Origin: Anaerolineae bacterium
Lineage (GTDB): Bacteria > Chloroflexota > Anaerolineae > JAADDB01
DNA length: 64,000 bases
Direction: 5' to 3'
NCBI GenBank assembly: GCA_015490995.1
Contig: WFWT01000007.1
Coordinates: 13,671-77,670, forward strand
Part shown: positions 19,992-30,288 of the stretch, piece by piece
Layout: each line of letters begins with the position of its first letter
Position numbering within the stretch: the stretch's first letter is position 1
Made by a program: the position numbers and the translations under genes
The notes under the pieces: model-generated
Database searches by the model: none
What the model was told of the DNA's origin: nothing
What the model saw: the letters and a program-made list of their open reading frames with translations, nothing else

Positions 19992-20021
19992 TTGAACCAC
20001 CTCGCTGATCTGGTGTATACT
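19992..20021 (+). promoter_or_regulatory. Promoter for the ECF operon
   Basis: TTGAAC-N18-TATACT. Confidence 0.45.
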
Positions 20022-20231
20022 CTGCTATCGGGCAGGTTGGAGTAGGGTGGCGTCGTGTCACGGCTTTAAGGGGTTCTGAATACGGCGAAGGGGCACCGCA
20101 GCCACGCCGTAATAAGTGGGTGTGACATCCCCCAGGCACCTTCGCAGCCGCGGTATGGTGTTCCCGGCATCGGCTTATCCATCTGCCGGGCGCCGACTTA
20201 AGCATGTCAGACCACACCGGGACGAGCAACA

Positions 20232-21131
20232 ATGGACCCCATTATCCGACTTGAACACGTATGGCACATTTATTCGGCCCAGGGTGAACGCCCCATTGAA
20301 GCGTTGCGCGATATTTCCCTGCGCATCTACCCTGGGGAGTATGTGGTTATCCTGGGCCGAAACGGGAGTGGCAAGAGCACCCTGGCCAAACACTTCAACG
20401 GCATTCTCCTGCCCACCCGCGGGGATGTCTGGGTGAAGGAATGGAACACGAAGGACCTCCAACACAAGTTGGCTATCCGTTCCACCGTAGGGCTGGTGTT
20501 CCAGAACCCGGACAATCAGATCGTCGCCACTATTGTGGAAGAGGACGTGGCCTTCGGGCCGGAAAACCTGGGAATTCCCCACGCGGAGCTGCGTCGGCGG
20601 GTGGATTGGGCCCTGGAACTGGTGGGCATGACCCCATATCGGTACCGTCCCCCACATCACCTTAGCGGGGGACAGAAGCAACGCATCGCCATAGCCGGTA
20701 TTATGGCGATGAAGCCCGAGGTGTTGGTGCTGGACGAAAGCACTGCGTTGTTGGACCCTCGCGGTCGCCGCGAGATTTTAGACATTGTGCAGCGGCTCCA
20801 CCGCCAAGAAGGGGTGACGGTGGTGGCCATCACCCACTTTATGGACGAAGCGATTTGGGCGGACCGCATTGTCGTGCTGGATGAAGGACGGTTGGTGATG
20901 AGCGGCTCGCCCGAGGAGATATTCAGCCAGCCGGACCGTTTGCGAGATCACGGGTTGGATGTGCCCCCCGTGACCGAGTTGGCCCGCCGCCTGCACCGCC
21001 ATTTCCCTGAAATACCACCAGCCGTCCTGCGTGTGGAGGAGCTGGTGACGGCGGTACGTGATCTTTACGCTCGCCGGTTTGTGCCCACCGCTATGCACAG
21101 TGAGACGGCCCAGCAAGAACACCGGCCGTGA
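20232..21131 (+). CDS. ecfA1: ECF transporter ATPase EcfA1
   Basis: GRNGSGKS, FQNPDNQIV and LSGGQKQR. Confidence 0.92.
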   Translation: MDPIIRLEHVWHIYSAQGERPIEALRDISLRIYPGEYVVILGRNGSGKSTLAKHFNGILLPTRGDVWVKEWNTKDLQHKLAIRSTVGLVFQNPDNQIVATIVEEDVAFGPENLGIPHAELRRRVDWALELVGMTPYRYRPPHHLSGGQKQRIAIAGIMAMKPEVLVLDESTALLDPRGRREILDIVQRLHRQEGVTVVAITHFMDEAIWADRIVVLDEGRLVMSGSPEEIFSQPDRLRDHGLDVPPVTELARRLHRHFPEIPPAVLRVEELVTAVRDLYARRFVPTAMHSETAQQEHRP

Positions 21132-22021
21132 GGAAGAGGCGTCCTGTGGCCGAAAAGGTGGTAGATATCCAGGACCTGGAATACTGGTATATGCAAGGTA
21201 CACCCATGGAAGTGCAGGCCCTGAAAGGGGCTCACTTCGACGTGTACCGCGGGGAAGTGGTGGCAGTCCTAGGTCACACAGGCAGCGGCAAGAGCACCCT
21301 CATCCAACACCTGAACGGCCTGTTACGTCCTCATAAAGGTCACGTGCGTGTGCTGGAGTATGATCTCACCGACCCCAACGTCGATGTCAAAGCGCTGCGT
21401 CGCCGTGTAGGCCTGGTCTTCCAGTTTCCCGAGGCCCAACTCTTTGAGCGTTATGTGGGAGATGACGTGGCATTCGGTCCCCGGCAACTCGGCTTGAGCC
21501 GGGAAGAGGTCCGTGAACGGGTACGTACGGCTATGAACGCGGTGGGCCTGGATTTCGAAACCTACAAGGACCGGTTTACCTTTTCCTTAAGTGGGGGGGA
21601 GAAACGCCGCGCAGCCCTGGCCGGCGTGTTGGCCCTCCGCCCCGAAATTCTTGTCCTGGATGAGCCTACCGCTGGCCTGGACCCAGAAGGACGCCGACTC
21701 ATCCTGAACCTCATCCGACGCCTGAAGGAGGAATGGGAGCTGACCCTCATCTTAGTAACACACGATATGGATACGGTGGCCGAGATGGCGGACCGCTGTT
21801 TTGTGCTGGCCGACGGGCGCACCGTGCTTTCGGGTACCCCGCGCGAGGTGTTTGCTCATCCAGAGGTGCTGCGTGAGCTGGCGTTGGACTTGCCCCACCC
21901 CACGGAGGTAACCCACCGACTGGCCGCGACAGGCGTGCCCGTACGGCCGGATGCCCTCACCCTGGATGAAGCGGAAACAGCTATCCGACATGTGTTGGCC
22001 AACGGGAGCGCGAATACGTAG
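21128..22021 (+). CDS. ecfA2: ECF transporter ATPase EcfA2
   Basis: GHTGSGKS, FQFPEAQLF and LSGGEKRR. Confidence 0.92.
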   Translation: MRKRRPVAEKVVDIQDLEYWYMQGTPMEVQALKGAHFDVYRGEVVAVLGHTGSGKSTLIQHLNGLLRPHKGHVRVLEYDLTDPNVDVKALRRRVGLVFQFPEAQLFERYVGDDVAFGPRQLGLSREEVRERVRTAMNAVGLDFETYKDRFTFSLSGGEKRRAALAGVLALRPEILVLDEPTAGLDPEGRRLILNLIRRLKEEWELTLILVTHDMDTVAEMADRCFVLADGRTVLSGTPREVFAHPEVLRELALDLPHPTEVTHRLAATGVPVRPDALTLDEAETAIRHVLANGSANT

Positions 22022-22055
22022 CTCCTGTCGGATTCGGTGAAGGGAGGCGGACGTC

Positions 22056-22913
22056 GTGGAAGAGTTTGAAATCCGACGGTACATCACCATCGGTCAGTAC
22101 CTGCCTCTCAATTCGCCTATTCACCGGCTGGACCCGCGGTTCAAACTGGTGGCGTTCACCATCCTCATCGCCGCGGTGACGTTTACTCCGACCTATCTGG
22201 GCAACGCGGTACTGCTGGCCATTGTGTCCTTGCTGGTGGTCGTGGCCCGGGTTCCCTTCCGGTACGCGTTGAGCGGTTTGCGACCGGCCTTGCCGGTGCT
22301 CCTGCTGCTGATGGCGTTACAGATGGCGTTCTACACGGAAGGTTTTGCCCGCGGGGTTGCGGGTGCATGTGTAAGTGTATTGGACCTCTGGTTCATTCAC
22401 GTGACCACGTGTAGCATCAAGCTCGCGCTCGTCTCCGCCGCCCGGTTTGTTGAACTCCTTATGCTGACCAGCCTCCTCACGCTAACCACGACTACCACCG
22501 AGCTGGCCCATGGGATTGAGCGTTTGTTCAGCCCATTGCAAGCCCGTTTTAACTTCCCTGCCCATGAGCTCGCGTTAATCTTCACCATTGCCATGCGCTT
22601 TGTGCCGACCTTCGCGGAGGAACTCGAGCGCATCATGAAAGCGCAGGTCTCCCGCGGGGCCGATCTGGGACAACGTGGGCGTTTGCGCTTCATTCAGCAG
22701 ACCAAGGCATTATTGCCGGTACTGGTCCCCCTTTTCATGAGCGCCTTCCGCCGGGCGGAGGACTTGATCCTGGCTATGGAAGCTCGGTGTTACGTGGGCG
22801 GTCGTGGTCGTACGCACTTCACCCAGTTGCGGAGTACACCGCAAGATTATTTCGCGGTCGCGGCCGCGTTCCTCCTGGCCGTGCTGGTGTTGAGCACGCC
22901 GTGGCCCTGGTGA
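22056..22913 (+). CDS. ecfT: ECF transporter transmembrane component EcfT
   Basis: IGQY..S.IHRLDPR, RFVPT, AQVSRG and AMEARCY. Confidence 0.92.
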   Translation: MEEFEIRRYITIGQYLPLNSPIHRLDPRFKLVAFTILIAAVTFTPTYLGNAVLLAIVSLLVVVARVPFRYALSGLRPALPVLLLLMALQMAFYTEGFARGVAGACVSVLDLWFIHVTTCSIKLALVSAARFVELLMLTSLLTLTTTTTELAHGIERLFSPLQARFNFPAHELALIFTIAMRFVPTFAEELERIMKAQVSRGADLGQRGRLRFIQQTKALLPVLVPLFMSAFRRAEDLILAMEARCYVGGRGRTHFTQLRSTPQDYFAVAAAFLLAVLVLSTPWPW

Positions 22914-22970
22914 CGCAAGGGAACGTCACGGATCCCGAAAGCCCACAACCCGATGGGGAGGAAACGTACC

Positions 22971-24206
22971 ATGCTCACAGACCTCGAAAAGCATGTGCTG
23001 GCCCACATCGACGAGGAGTTGGTCATCCGTTGGACCCAGACCATGGTGCGCATGGACAGTGTCCCCCGTCCGGGCCGGAAGGACGTGGAGACAGAGGTAG
23101 CCCAGTGGGTCAAAGCCCGTTGTCAAGAGATAGGCCTGGAAACCCACTTCGAATGGGCCGCACCCGGACGCCCCAACGTGATCGCGCTGTGGCGTGGCAG
23201 CGAAGGGCACCGCCGGCTGCTCTTCGAAGGCCATACTGACGTGGTGACCGAAGGTGACCCCAACGCGTGGCATTACGATCCTTTCGGCGGCGAGATCGTC
23301 AATAACCGCATTTACGGCCGAGGAGCCTGTGACATGAAAGGCGGGCTGGCCGCAGCCATGGGGGCCATTAAGGCCCTGGTCGACAGCGGTGTGCACCTGC
23401 GGGGGGACATCCTCTTCGCCGCGTTGGCAGATGAAGAGGGGCTGATGTTAGGGGTCAAGGACTTCGTCCGCCGCGGCTGGGCAGAAAAGGTCACCGCAGC
23501 CATTGTGTGTGAACCGGAGGATAACCGGCTGTGTATCGCTCAAAAGGGAGTGATGTGGGTGGACGTGTGCACCAGGGGCAAGATGGCCCACGGTGCCATG
23601 CCCTTTACTGGATTAAACCCCATCACTCGTATGGCCCGTTTCCTCACCGCAGCCGAGGACCTAGAGGACGAATACCGCTCACGTTACGGGACTCACCCCT
23701 ATTTGGGGGCTCCTTCTATCAGCCCAACGCGCATTCACGCGCCTGAGGAAGAGCACGGTACTAATAACGTTATACCTGGGACATGTCGAGCAACCCTGGA
23801 CATTCGCCTCATTCCGGGCCAGGACCCCGATCAGGTACTGGACGATCTTAACAACGCGGCGGAGAAGGTGGCTGAACGCTATGAAATGTTCACCATCGAA
23901 TTCACGACGATAGATGCGCGCCCTCCGACCGAAACCCCTCGGGAAGAACCGGTGGTCCAAGCCCTGGCGCAGGCATTTCGGGACGTGACGGGCAAGGAGC
24001 CGGAATACGGGGGCGTGCCCGGCAGTACAGACGGTACCATTTTGGCGCACTGGGCCGGTGTGCCAGTGGTCACCTGCGGTCCAGGCAATACCTTCCTGCC
24101 TCACCAGGTGGACGAGTACCTGGACATCGATCAACTGCTGACGGCCACCCGCCTGTACGCGGTAGCAGCCATGCGCTATCTGGGCGTGGTAGAGGAAGGA
24201 CGATGA
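22971..24206 (+). CDS. M20 family metallopeptidase (ArgE/DapE-like)
   Basis: GHTDVV, GRGACDMKGG, DEE, EP and HQVDE. Confidence 0.9.
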   Translation: MLTDLEKHVLAHIDEELVIRWTQTMVRMDSVPRPGRKDVETEVAQWVKARCQEIGLETHFEWAAPGRPNVIALWRGSEGHRRLLFEGHTDVVTEGDPNAWHYDPFGGEIVNNRIYGRGACDMKGGLAAAMGAIKALVDSGVHLRGDILFAALADEEGLMLGVKDFVRRGWAEKVTAAIVCEPEDNRLCIAQKGVMWVDVCTRGKMAHGAMPFTGLNPITRMARFLTAAEDLEDEYRSRYGTHPYLGAPSISPTRIHAPEEEHGTNNVIPGTCRATLDIRLIPGQDPDQVLDDLNNAAEKVAERYEMFTIEFTTIDARPPTETPREEPVVQALAQAFRDVTGKEPEYGGVPGSTDGTILAHWAGVPVVTCGPGNTFLPHQVDEYLDIDQLLTATRLYAVAAMRYLGVVEEGR

Positions 24207-25162
24207 ACGGCACGTTGACGGACGTTTCCGGTATTCGGGTAGGACATTATACCGACCTGGAGGCAGCAACCGGGTGTACGGTCGTGCTTACCCCTGAAGG
24301 CGCTCGGGCAAGTGTGGATGTGCGAGGAGCCGCACCGGGCACCCGAGAGACCGATCTCCTGCAGCCGGGCCGTCTGGTGGACACCGTTCACGCGATCCTG
24401 TTGACCGGGGGATCCGCCTTTGGCCTGGCAGCCGCGGATGGGGTAATGCGATGGCTGGAGGAGCGAGGTTATGGGTTCGACACCGGCGTAGCGCGCGTGC
24501 CCATTGTGCCCGCAGCCGTGCTCTTTGACCTGGCCGTTGGTCGCGCGGACGTACGACCTGGCCCTGAGGCTGGATACGCGGCGTGCGAAGCAGCAACAAC
24601 CGACCCGGTGCCCATGGGCAACGTGGGCGCGGGAACCGGAGCCACCGTGGGCAAGCTATTGGGCATGCGATACGCGATGAAGGGAGGAATCGGCAGTGCC
24701 AGCGTGCGCTTGGCCAACGGCGTGGTGGTGGCCGCGTTGGCCGCCGTTAACGCGCTGGGCGATGTGGTGGACCCGGCTACCGGGAGTATCTTAGCGGGTA
24801 CCCGCAAACCGGTAGTAGGAGGATTCCTCAACACTGCAGCAGCTCTGCGCGGTCATCTTGGACAAACGGTGTTAGAACTAATGAGCGGCAATACCACTTT
24901 GGTGGTCGTAGCCACCAATGCACGGTTGGACAAAGCGTCGCTCTTGACGCTGGCCGGGATGGCCCATGATGGCCTAGCACGAGCCATCCGACCGGTTCAC
25001 ACGATGTTAGATGGGGATACCGTTTTTGCCCTGTCCACGGGGGATGCGGAGGGTAACCTGACGGCCATCGGTGCGGCCGCGGCCGATGTGGTAGCAGAGG
25101 CTATTGTTCAGGCGGTAAAGCGGGCAGAACCCCTGCACGGTATTCCGGCATGTACCACGTGA
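24203..25162 (+). CDS. P1/S58 (DmpA/ThnT-like) self-cleaving hydrolase
   Basis: GAAPGTRETD, GGSAFGL, GNVGAGTGA, GNTT and HTMLDGDTVFA. Confidence 0.9.
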   Translation: MNGTLTDVSGIRVGHYTDLEAATGCTVVLTPEGARASVDVRGAAPGTRETDLLQPGRLVDTVHAILLTGGSAFGLAAADGVMRWLEERGYGFDTGVARVPIVPAAVLFDLAVGRADVRPGPEAGYAACEAATTDPVPMGNVGAGTGATVGKLLGMRYAMKGGIGSASVRLANGVVVAALAAVNALGDVVDPATGSILAGTRKPVVGGFLNTAAALRGHLGQTVLELMSGNTTLVVVATNARLDKASLLTLAGMAHDGLARAIRPVHTMLDGDTVFALSTGDAEGNLTAIGAAAADVVAEAIVQAVKRAEPLHGIPACTT

Positions 25163-25286
25163 ACCTGCAGGAAACCTTTCCGGAGAAGGGAGGTGAGAAG
25201 CGCACACACGTTAAGATGACCATCCCCCACAACGGTTCGTCACGTTCGAGGGACAGTGATTGGGAACACACCGAGGAGGTAGAGCC

Positions 25287-25838
25287 ATGACCCAGACGGC
25301 ACCGGTATTATCTGTGCGCAAGATCGTCATCACGGGCATTTTGGCCGCCATCGCAATACTTCTCGGCGCGACACGCATCGGTTTTATCCCTGTACCCAAC
25401 ATTTCCGGCAACGCGACCATCATGCACGTCCCGGCCATTCTGGGTGGAGTCATGGAAGGACCCCTGGTGGGCGCGCTGATCGGTACCATTTTCGGCCTGT
25501 TCAGCTTTCTGCAAGCCACGTCCCCGTTGTTTAAGAACCCGCTGGTCTCGGTGTTCCCGCGCATTTGGATAGGGGTGGTGGCGTATTACGCGTATGTGGG
25601 TGGTCGTCGTGCGTTTGGCGAGATACCCGGCCTGGCAATAGCCGGCGTGCTGGGGTCCTTGACCAACACCGTCCTGGTGCTCGGGATGGCGGTGCTGGTC
25701 AAATTGCTACCGGTAGAGGCCATTCCACCTATCATACCGCAAGCGATCGCCGAGGCCATCATTGCCGCGTTCATTACCGTGTTCGTGGTGGGTGGTTTGA
25801 GATTACTGGAATCCGGTCGGGGTGGTGCATCGGTGTAA
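25287..25838 (+). CDS. ECF S component, pantothenate (PanT)-like
   Basis: GFIPVP...TIMHVPAILGG..EGP..G and PRI motif; GAGGAGG RBS. Confidence 0.8.
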   Translation: MTQTAPVLSVRKIVITGILAAIAILLGATRIGFIPVPNISGNATIMHVPAILGGVMEGPLVGALIGTIFGLFSFLQATSPLFKNPLVSVFPRIWIGVVAYYAYVGGRRAFGEIPGLAIAGVLGSLTNTVLVLGMAVLVKLLPVEAIPPIIPQAIAEAIIAAFITVFVVGGLRLLESGRGGASV

Positions 25839-25850
25839 ACGCGGACACGC

Positions 25851-25876
25851 GGGGGCGCCGCATGGTCGGCGCCCCC
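25851..25876 (+). terminator. GC-rich hairpin after the S component gene
   Basis: GGGGGCGCCG/CGGCGCCCCC 10-bp stem with a weak U tract. Confidence 0.5.
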
Positions 25877-26042
25877 GGTTGATCTCAGGGACAGTCGTGG
25901 TGTCGTAGCTGTCCACATGTCGAGAGCATTCGGAAATGCACGGCCTGTGAAGGACTCACAGGGGGATGGGGAGGGAGTGAGGGCTAAAAGTCCGACATAG
26001 CAGTCAGTTTCCGACCGCTCTCTATATCCTAAATATTACGCC

Positions 26043-28748
26043 ATGGGAGCCCAATTGCTTCAAGCGCTCTCCTTTCTCCTCCACAACGCAGCCGTTCTGG
26101 TGGCGATGGGGGTCCTGGTCAACGTGCTGGGAACCTACGTTCCACCTCGTCATTCCCTGCGCCGTACCCTGTACACCGGCATAGCCCTGGCCGTGATCAC
26201 GTTGACGGTTATGTTGACCCGCTGGGAGTATATGCCTGGCATCCTGTTGGACGCGCGGGCAGTGGTCCTTTCCCTCGCGGGGTTGTTCTTTGGAACCGTC
26301 CCCGCTGTTATAGCGGCCATCGCGGCGTTAGCCTTACGGGTATATGAAGGCGGTTCGGGAATGTGGGCCGGGGTGGGACTTATCCTCTCCTCGGTAGGGA
26401 TTGGCGTCCTGTGGCGGCGTTTGCGGCCAAAGGATCCTGTGGATCGCTCCCTCCTGGAGCTTTATCTGTTCGGGGTAGTTGTACACGTTAACATGCTCTT
26501 GTGGGCCTTTGTGTTCCCGTTGCCCACCGCGCTGGCCATTCTTCGCACCATCGCCTTGCCGGTGTTGATTATTTACCCCCTTGCCACCGTCCTCTTTGGC
26601 TGGGTGATCATCGCCGGAGAAGACCGACGACGCACAGAAGAAGCGTTGCGGGTCAGTGAACAACGATACCGCCATTTGTTTGAACGTGTGCCCATTGGCC
26701 TTTATCGGTCCACGCCGGACGGCCGCATTCTGGAGGCGAATCCTGCACTGGCCCGGATTTACGGCTTTCCCTCGGTAGAAGCATTGCTCCAGGTGAGCGC
26801 CTACGACCTGTACGTTGATCCTGAAGAACGCCATCGCTGGTTGGATACGTTACAGGAACAGGACGTCGTCCGACACTACGAGCTACGCCAACGGCGAGCG
26901 GATGGACGCATCATTTGGGTACGGGATACTGCCCGCGTGGTTCGTGATGCCGAGGGTAAGGTCCTTTACTACGAGGGGAGCATTGAGGACATTACGGCGC
27001 TTAAGGAGGCCGAAGAGGAACGACAACGTCTGCTGCACAAAGCCCAACGCCAAGCAGCGTATCTGGCCACCCTTAACGAAATTATCATCGCCACCGCGGC
27101 GGCCACTAACGAAGTGGCCCTGTTGAGAGCCATCCAGGAACAGGTCCAACGGGCAGTGCAGGCCGCTTACGTGGTCATCCGCATGGACCAATTGACCGTG
27201 AACACCCAGGCTCCAGCCCCCATTTGTGACGCGTTGCTCTCCGTGGCCTCGCGGGTTATGTCGATCCTCGAGGAATCCTTGGCCGTGTCAGATTGGCGGA
27301 CTCCTCCGGAAGGTGCGTTGTGGCAAGAGGTAGCTGCGTCCCTGCGCGAGCACGGCATTCAGGCCACGGCCTTTGTGCCCATCCGCGGGCACCGACATGC
27401 GCCTGGCCTCCTTGTCGTTGCGGATACGACCCCCCGTGAGTGGAGCGCGGACACCCTCGCGCTGTTATGCGCCGCGGCACAGCACTTAAGCACAGCTTAC
27501 GAACGGGTTCGCATGTTCGCGGAAGCCCAGCAGCGCGCCACACGGGTCGGCCTCTTGACCACCCTCGCGGAAACCCTGAACCGTCCCAACAACGTGGATG
27601 ACGTTATCCAGGCCATTGGGGAAGGTGCTCGACGCCTTAGTGAAGCCGACCGGGTAGCCCTGTTCGTCCGTCAACCGGATGATTCGTTCATCTGCGCGTG
27701 GCGGCACAACATTTCGTCCTGGTACACCGACGCGGTGCTGGCGAACCTGGAGCACCTGCCCGGACGCTCCCTGGTGACCCGTACGGAGACGGTGTTTATC
27801 CCTGACACTCACCAGTGGCCCCAGGACAGTGTATTGCGCTCCATTGCAGACCGGGAGGGATATCGTGCGCTGGCCGTGTGGCCCCTTATTTATGAAGGGC
27901 GTACCATTGCCGCTGTGGCGTGTTACTACAATCAACCGCGCACGTGGTCGACCCTGGACAAGGAGCTCATGGAAACCTTCAGCCGGCAGGCTGCAGTCGC
28001 CCTGCGAAATGCCCAACTCCTGGCGGATCTGGAACGCACGAACGCCGCGTTGCGAGAAGCCCTGCAAACGCGTGAGGATATCCTGCGCAACGTGACGCAC
28101 GAATTGCGCACGCCGTTGACCCTCATTCGCGGGTATGCAGAACTCTTGCAAGACAACCTTCTGGCCACCCCCGAAGAACAACAGACCGCGGCTCAGGCCA
28201 TTTACCTCCATGCCCGCCACCTGGAGCACCTGATTGAACAGCTGTTGATCTTCCAGCGTTTGCAGCGCGACATCCACTATCAGGAAGTGATCGACGTGGC
28301 CGCTTGGTTACAGGACGTGCTCACCTCATGGGAGGCCGCGCTCGCGCAGGCGCACCTTGCTCTGCGGGTGGAGATCCCGCCCTTTGTGGGCAAAGTGCGC
28401 GGCCATCGGGACTTCCTCAACCAGGTGATGTATAACCTCCTGGACAACGCTCGCAAGTTCAGCCCCGACGGAGGGACGGTGACCGTTCGGGCGTGGATGG
28501 AAGGGGATTGGGTGTACATCCAGGTGGCCGATCAGGGCGTGGGTATTCCTAAGGAGAAGTTATCCCGCATCTTCGACCGGTTTTATCAGGTGGACCCCAG
28601 CACCACCCGACGTTTTGGGGGGATGGGCCTGGGGTTGGCCCTGGTGAAGGAGATTGTGGAACGCCACGGGGGAGAGGTGTGGGCGGAAAGTGGAGGGCCC
28701 GGGCATGGGGCACGTTTTACGTTCCGGCTTCCCCTGGCGCCCGGCTAA
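26043..28748 (+). CDS. Sensor histidine kinase (5TMR-LYT, PAS, two GAF, HisKA/HATPase)
   Basis: PGILLDAR 5TM-LYT motif, PAS ending IEDITALK, VTHELRTPL, NLLDNARKF and GMGLGL. Confidence 0.9.
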   Translation: MGAQLLQALSFLLHNAAVLVAMGVLVNVLGTYVPPRHSLRRTLYTGIALAVITLTVMLTRWEYMPGILLDARAVVLSLAGLFFGTVPAVIAAIAALALRVYEGGSGMWAGVGLILSSVGIGVLWRRLRPKDPVDRSLLELYLFGVVVHVNMLLWAFVFPLPTALAILRTIALPVLIIYPLATVLFGWVIIAGEDRRRTEEALRVSEQRYRHLFERVPIGLYRSTPDGRILEANPALARIYGFPSVEALLQVSAYDLYVDPEERHRWLDTLQEQDVVRHYELRQRRADGRIIWVRDTARVVRDAEGKVLYYEGSIEDITALKEAEEERQRLLHKAQRQAAYLATLNEIIIATAAATNEVALLRAIQEQVQRAVQAAYVVIRMDQLTVNTQAPAPICDALLSVASRVMSILEESLAVSDWRTPPEGALWQEVAASLREHGIQATAFVPIRGHRHAPGLLVVADTTPREWSADTLALLCAAAQHLSTAYERVRMFAEAQQRATRVGLLTTLAETLNRPNNVDDVIQAIGEGARRLSEADRVALFVRQPDDSFICAWRHNISSWYTDAVLANLEHLPGRSLVTRTETVFIPDTHQWPQDSVLRSIADREGYRALAVWPLIYEGRTIAAVACYYNQPRTWSTLDKELMETFSRQAAVALRNAQLLADLERTNAALREALQTREDILRNVTHELRTPLTLIRGYAELLQDNLLATPEEQQTAAQAIYLHARHLEHLIEQLLIFQRLQRDIHYQEVIDVAAWLQDVLTSWEAALAQAHLALRVEIPPFVGKVRGHRDFLNQVMYNLLDNARKFSPDGGTVTVRAWMEGDWVYIQVADQGVGIPKEKLSRIFDRFYQVDPSTTRRFGGMGLGLALVKEIVERHGGEVWAESGGPGHGARFTFRLPLAPG

Positions 28749-28808
28749 CTCGTTAAGAGAGCATTCGGACGTGATGACGTTCCCGCTTTCGCCCCCTATT
28801 GTGCTCGT

Positions 28809-29444
28809 TCATCGACGTGAAGGACGCCGGCGACGTTGTGCCCGTCGTCGACGCCTCAGCGGGGGAGGTTCATCCGGGTCCAGGTGCAGGGCCTGAAACA
28901 GCGCGCGGTATTCCGCGCTTGAAAGATCACGCCACTCCCCAGGAGATAGGTCACCCAAGACCAAGGGGCCAATGGCCACGCGAATGAGGCGCAAGGTGGG
29001 ATGTCCCACGGCCGCCGTCATCCGACGCACCTGTCGCTTGCGACCTTCCCGTAATACAATGCGCAACCAGGGGGTGGGATGGTATTGCCGTACCGGCCGC
29101 GGTGGAACCGGTGGAGGGACCGGTAACAGCTCAACTTCCGCCGGCGCGGTGCGACGCCCTTTAAGCATGATCCCCTCCCGCAGGCGTTGCAGGGCTTCCT
29201 CCGAAGGGATACCTTCGACTTGCACCAGGTACGTTTTCGGCACCTTCCACCGCGGGTCGGTAACCCGGTGCAACACACGCGGGTCATCCGTCAACAACAG
29301 CAGCCCTTCACTGTCCATGTCCAGACGGCCGGCCGGGTACACGTCAGGTACCGGGATGTACTGAGCCAGGGTGGGACGTCCCTCCCGGTCCGTAAACTGC
29401 GAAAGAACACCGTAGGGCTTGTGGAAAAGGATATACCGGGGCAT
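28809..29444 (-). CDS. rluE: rRNA pseudouridine synthase (RluE/RsuA family)
   Basis: FHKPYGVLSQF, GRLDMDSEGLLLL and EGRKRQVRRM. Confidence 0.9.
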   Translation of the reverse strand: MPRYILFHKPYGVLSQFTDREGRPTLAQYIPVPDVYPAGRLDMDSEGLLLLTDDPRVLHRVTDPRWKVPKTYLVQVEGIPSEEALQRLREGIMLKGRRTAPAEVELLPVPPPVPPRPVRQYHPTPWLRIVLREGRKRQVRRMTAAVGHPTLRLIRVAIGPLVLGDLSPGEWRDLSSAEYRALFQALHLDPDEPPPLRRRRRAQRRRRPSRR

Positions 29445-29743
29445 AACGTCTATGCTTTTGGGTTTGGGCTGGATTAAGCTCACCCGACAGTGTTAAATCC
29501 AGGGTTTAGGGCTCGCAAATAGACTAAATTCCCCCCTTTAAAATTATACCCATGCCGTGGCCGTGCTTTAAATGGTGAGGGGCGTCTTAGAGGAGACGGA
29601 TTGCCCCCGCTGTTTAACAAAGGGGAGCGAGAAGCGGCCGCCACCGTGAGTGGGGCCCTTCTGTCCCTCTAGCGTCAGGTGGTGAATCGTTTCCGTACTT
29701 TCCCACAGTTTGCCCTGGCAAGTGTTCCAAAAGGAGGAACGTC

Positions 29744-30121
29744 ATGTGTCAGGTCGATGATACGCACTTGCCCTTGCGTTCAGGGGCTTTCTCGATGAGT
29801 GTATCTTCGCTTGGCCGGGGTACACATGCCATTTTGCAGGAAGTGATAGAGAACCTTGTTGTGGATTACCGGAAGCGCCTGGAAACTTCCGGCGTGTCGG
29901 TGCCCGTGGCCAAAGCCGCCTCCCACGCACTTGCTGCTGCCCTGCACCGGTTGGCCGTCATCTCCGATCCTCCACCGCGGATTATCACCTTCCTGCGCAA
30001 GTGGATGCGCAATCACCTGTACTCGCAGGGCGTGCCCGCTCTTGAGGTAGCACACGCGCTGGAGGTCCTGGCAGAGTGTTTCCCCATCCATGGTCAGGCC
30101 ACCGATCCCGAGGAAGCGTAA
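29744..30121 (+). CDS. Hypothetical helical protein
   Basis: AAGGAGG RBS and followed by a clear intrinsic terminator. Confidence 0.7.
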   Translation: MCQVDDTHLPLRSGAFSMSVSSLGRGTHAILQEVIENLVVDYRKRLETSGVSVPVAKAASHALAAALHRLAVISDPPPRIITFLRKWMRNHLYSQGVPALEVAHALEVLAECFPIHGQATDPEEA

Positions 30122-30157
30122 TCCCCCAGCCCTTGGCAGTCGAATGCAGACATTGTC

Positions 30158-30192
30158 GTGGCGGTGCCGGGCATCCGGCACCGCCACTCTTT
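30158..30192 (+). terminator. Intrinsic terminator
   Basis: GTGGCGGTGCCGG-GCAT-CCGGCACCGCCAC followed by TCTTT. Confidence 0.8.
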
Positions 30193-30288
30193 GTAATCCG
30201 TCGGTCTTTTGGCCCTTACTCCCTCCCCACCCGTGAGGGCGTGAGGAACCCGGATTTCCCAACGTTCTCACGCTAATCAAACGTGCAG

